The notes beneath the pieces were generated by a model that had not been told where the DNA came from, did no database searches, and saw only the letters and a list, made by a program, of their open reading frames with translations. DNA of 64,000 nt from Bacillota bacterium (GTDB taxonomy: Bacteria; Bacillota; Dethiobacteria; DTU022). This document shows positions 63,552-64,000 of this stretch, one piece after another (the stretch's first letter is position 1; the number at the start of each line of letters is the position of its first letter). Location of the stretch: NCBI GenBank assembly GCA_012799185.1, contig JAAZLS010000074.1, forward strand, positions 781-64,780. The letters run 5' to 3'. The position numbers and the translations under genes are program-made.

Positions 63552-64000
63552 TTACCCCCGTTCCAAATCCCTTACCCGGTCCACCCTTTCCCAGGGCAAA
63601 TCCAGATCCGGACGGCCGAAATGCCCGTAAGCAGCCACCTGCCGGTAAATCGGGCGGCGTAGATCCAACTGTTCAATCACTGCTGCCGGGCGAAGATCGA
63701 AATTACGGCGGACTAGATCCTCAATATAGCTCTCCTTCTCTACTCCAGTTCCAAAGGTATCTACGGTTAAAGATACCGGTCGGGCCACCCCGATCGCGTA
63801 AGCCACCTGGAGTTGACATTTTTTAGCCAACCCGGCGGCCACCACATTTTTGGCCACATAGCGAGCGGCATAAGCGGCTGAGCGGTCGACCTTCGTCGGA
63901 TCTTTACCCGAGAAGGCGCCCCCGCCGTGGGCAACGTAGCCACCATAGGTATCAACCATCAGCTTGCGTCCGGTCAGCCCGGCATCACCCTGCGGTCCCC
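63552..64000 (-). CDS. metK: S-adenosylmethionine synthetase, C-terminal part (gene continues beyond the window end)
   Basis: Window contains only the last ~150 codons (VDTYGG...[21 protein letters not shown]...), which is MetK C-terminal sequence; the minus-strand gene continues past coordinate 64000. Confidence 0.9.
   Translation of the reverse strand, partial: GPQGDAGLTGRKLMVDTYGGYVAHGGGAFSGKDPTKVDRSAAYAARYVAKNVVAAGLAKKCQLQVAYAIGVARPVSLTVDTFGTGVEKESYIEDLVRRNFDLRPAAVIEQLDLRRPIYRQVAAYGHFGRPDLDLPWERVDRVRDLERG

Overview
This is a 64 kb chromosomal window, predicted from sequence alone, most likely from a spore-forming member of the Clostridia (inferred from sigma-54, whiA, rapZ and the secG-rnr-smpB-ssrA synteny). 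About 80% of it is housekeeping genes on the minus strand: a tmRNA/SmpB/RNase R/SecG block, a pgk-tpiA-gpmI-eno glycolytic operon directly downstream of rpoN, whiA/rapZ, uvrCAB, an FtsEX / M23 peptidase / CtpA / PDZ cell-wall module, ilvC, a split transketolase, prfB (the programmed +1 frameshift is readable in the sequence), secA, hpf, comFC, a RecD2-like helicase and a partial metK. The first 10 kb (plus strand) encode a peptide/nickel-type ABC importer with a flavin/Fe-S enoate-reductase-like oxidoreductase, an amidohydrolase and an MFS transporter. Further in are a tRNA-Ala(CGC) gene, a TetR regulator co-operonic with an unusually large (1293 aa) RND transporter, and a siderophore/B12-type ABC importer.

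Three things stand out:
- The RND pump carries a roughly 280-residue coiled-coil insertion in its docking domain, has no membrane-fusion-protein or outer-membrane-factor partner gene nearby, and has palindromic operators overlapping a strong promoter.
- The roughly 4 kb region on the 3' side of ssrA is a decayed accessory zone. It holds tandem imperfect repeats that include a degenerate copy of the ssrA 3' flank, a PadR/DUF1700-type cassette, metallophosphoesterase gene fragments, a BlaR1-like M56 peptidase pseudogene with an in-frame TAG, and an orphan ImmA-like fragment.
- A small ORF resembling only sigma-70 region 4 is translationally coupled to a 512-aa membrane-anchored protein with a Gly-rich linker.

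No CRISPR array, rRNA or intact mobile element was seen.
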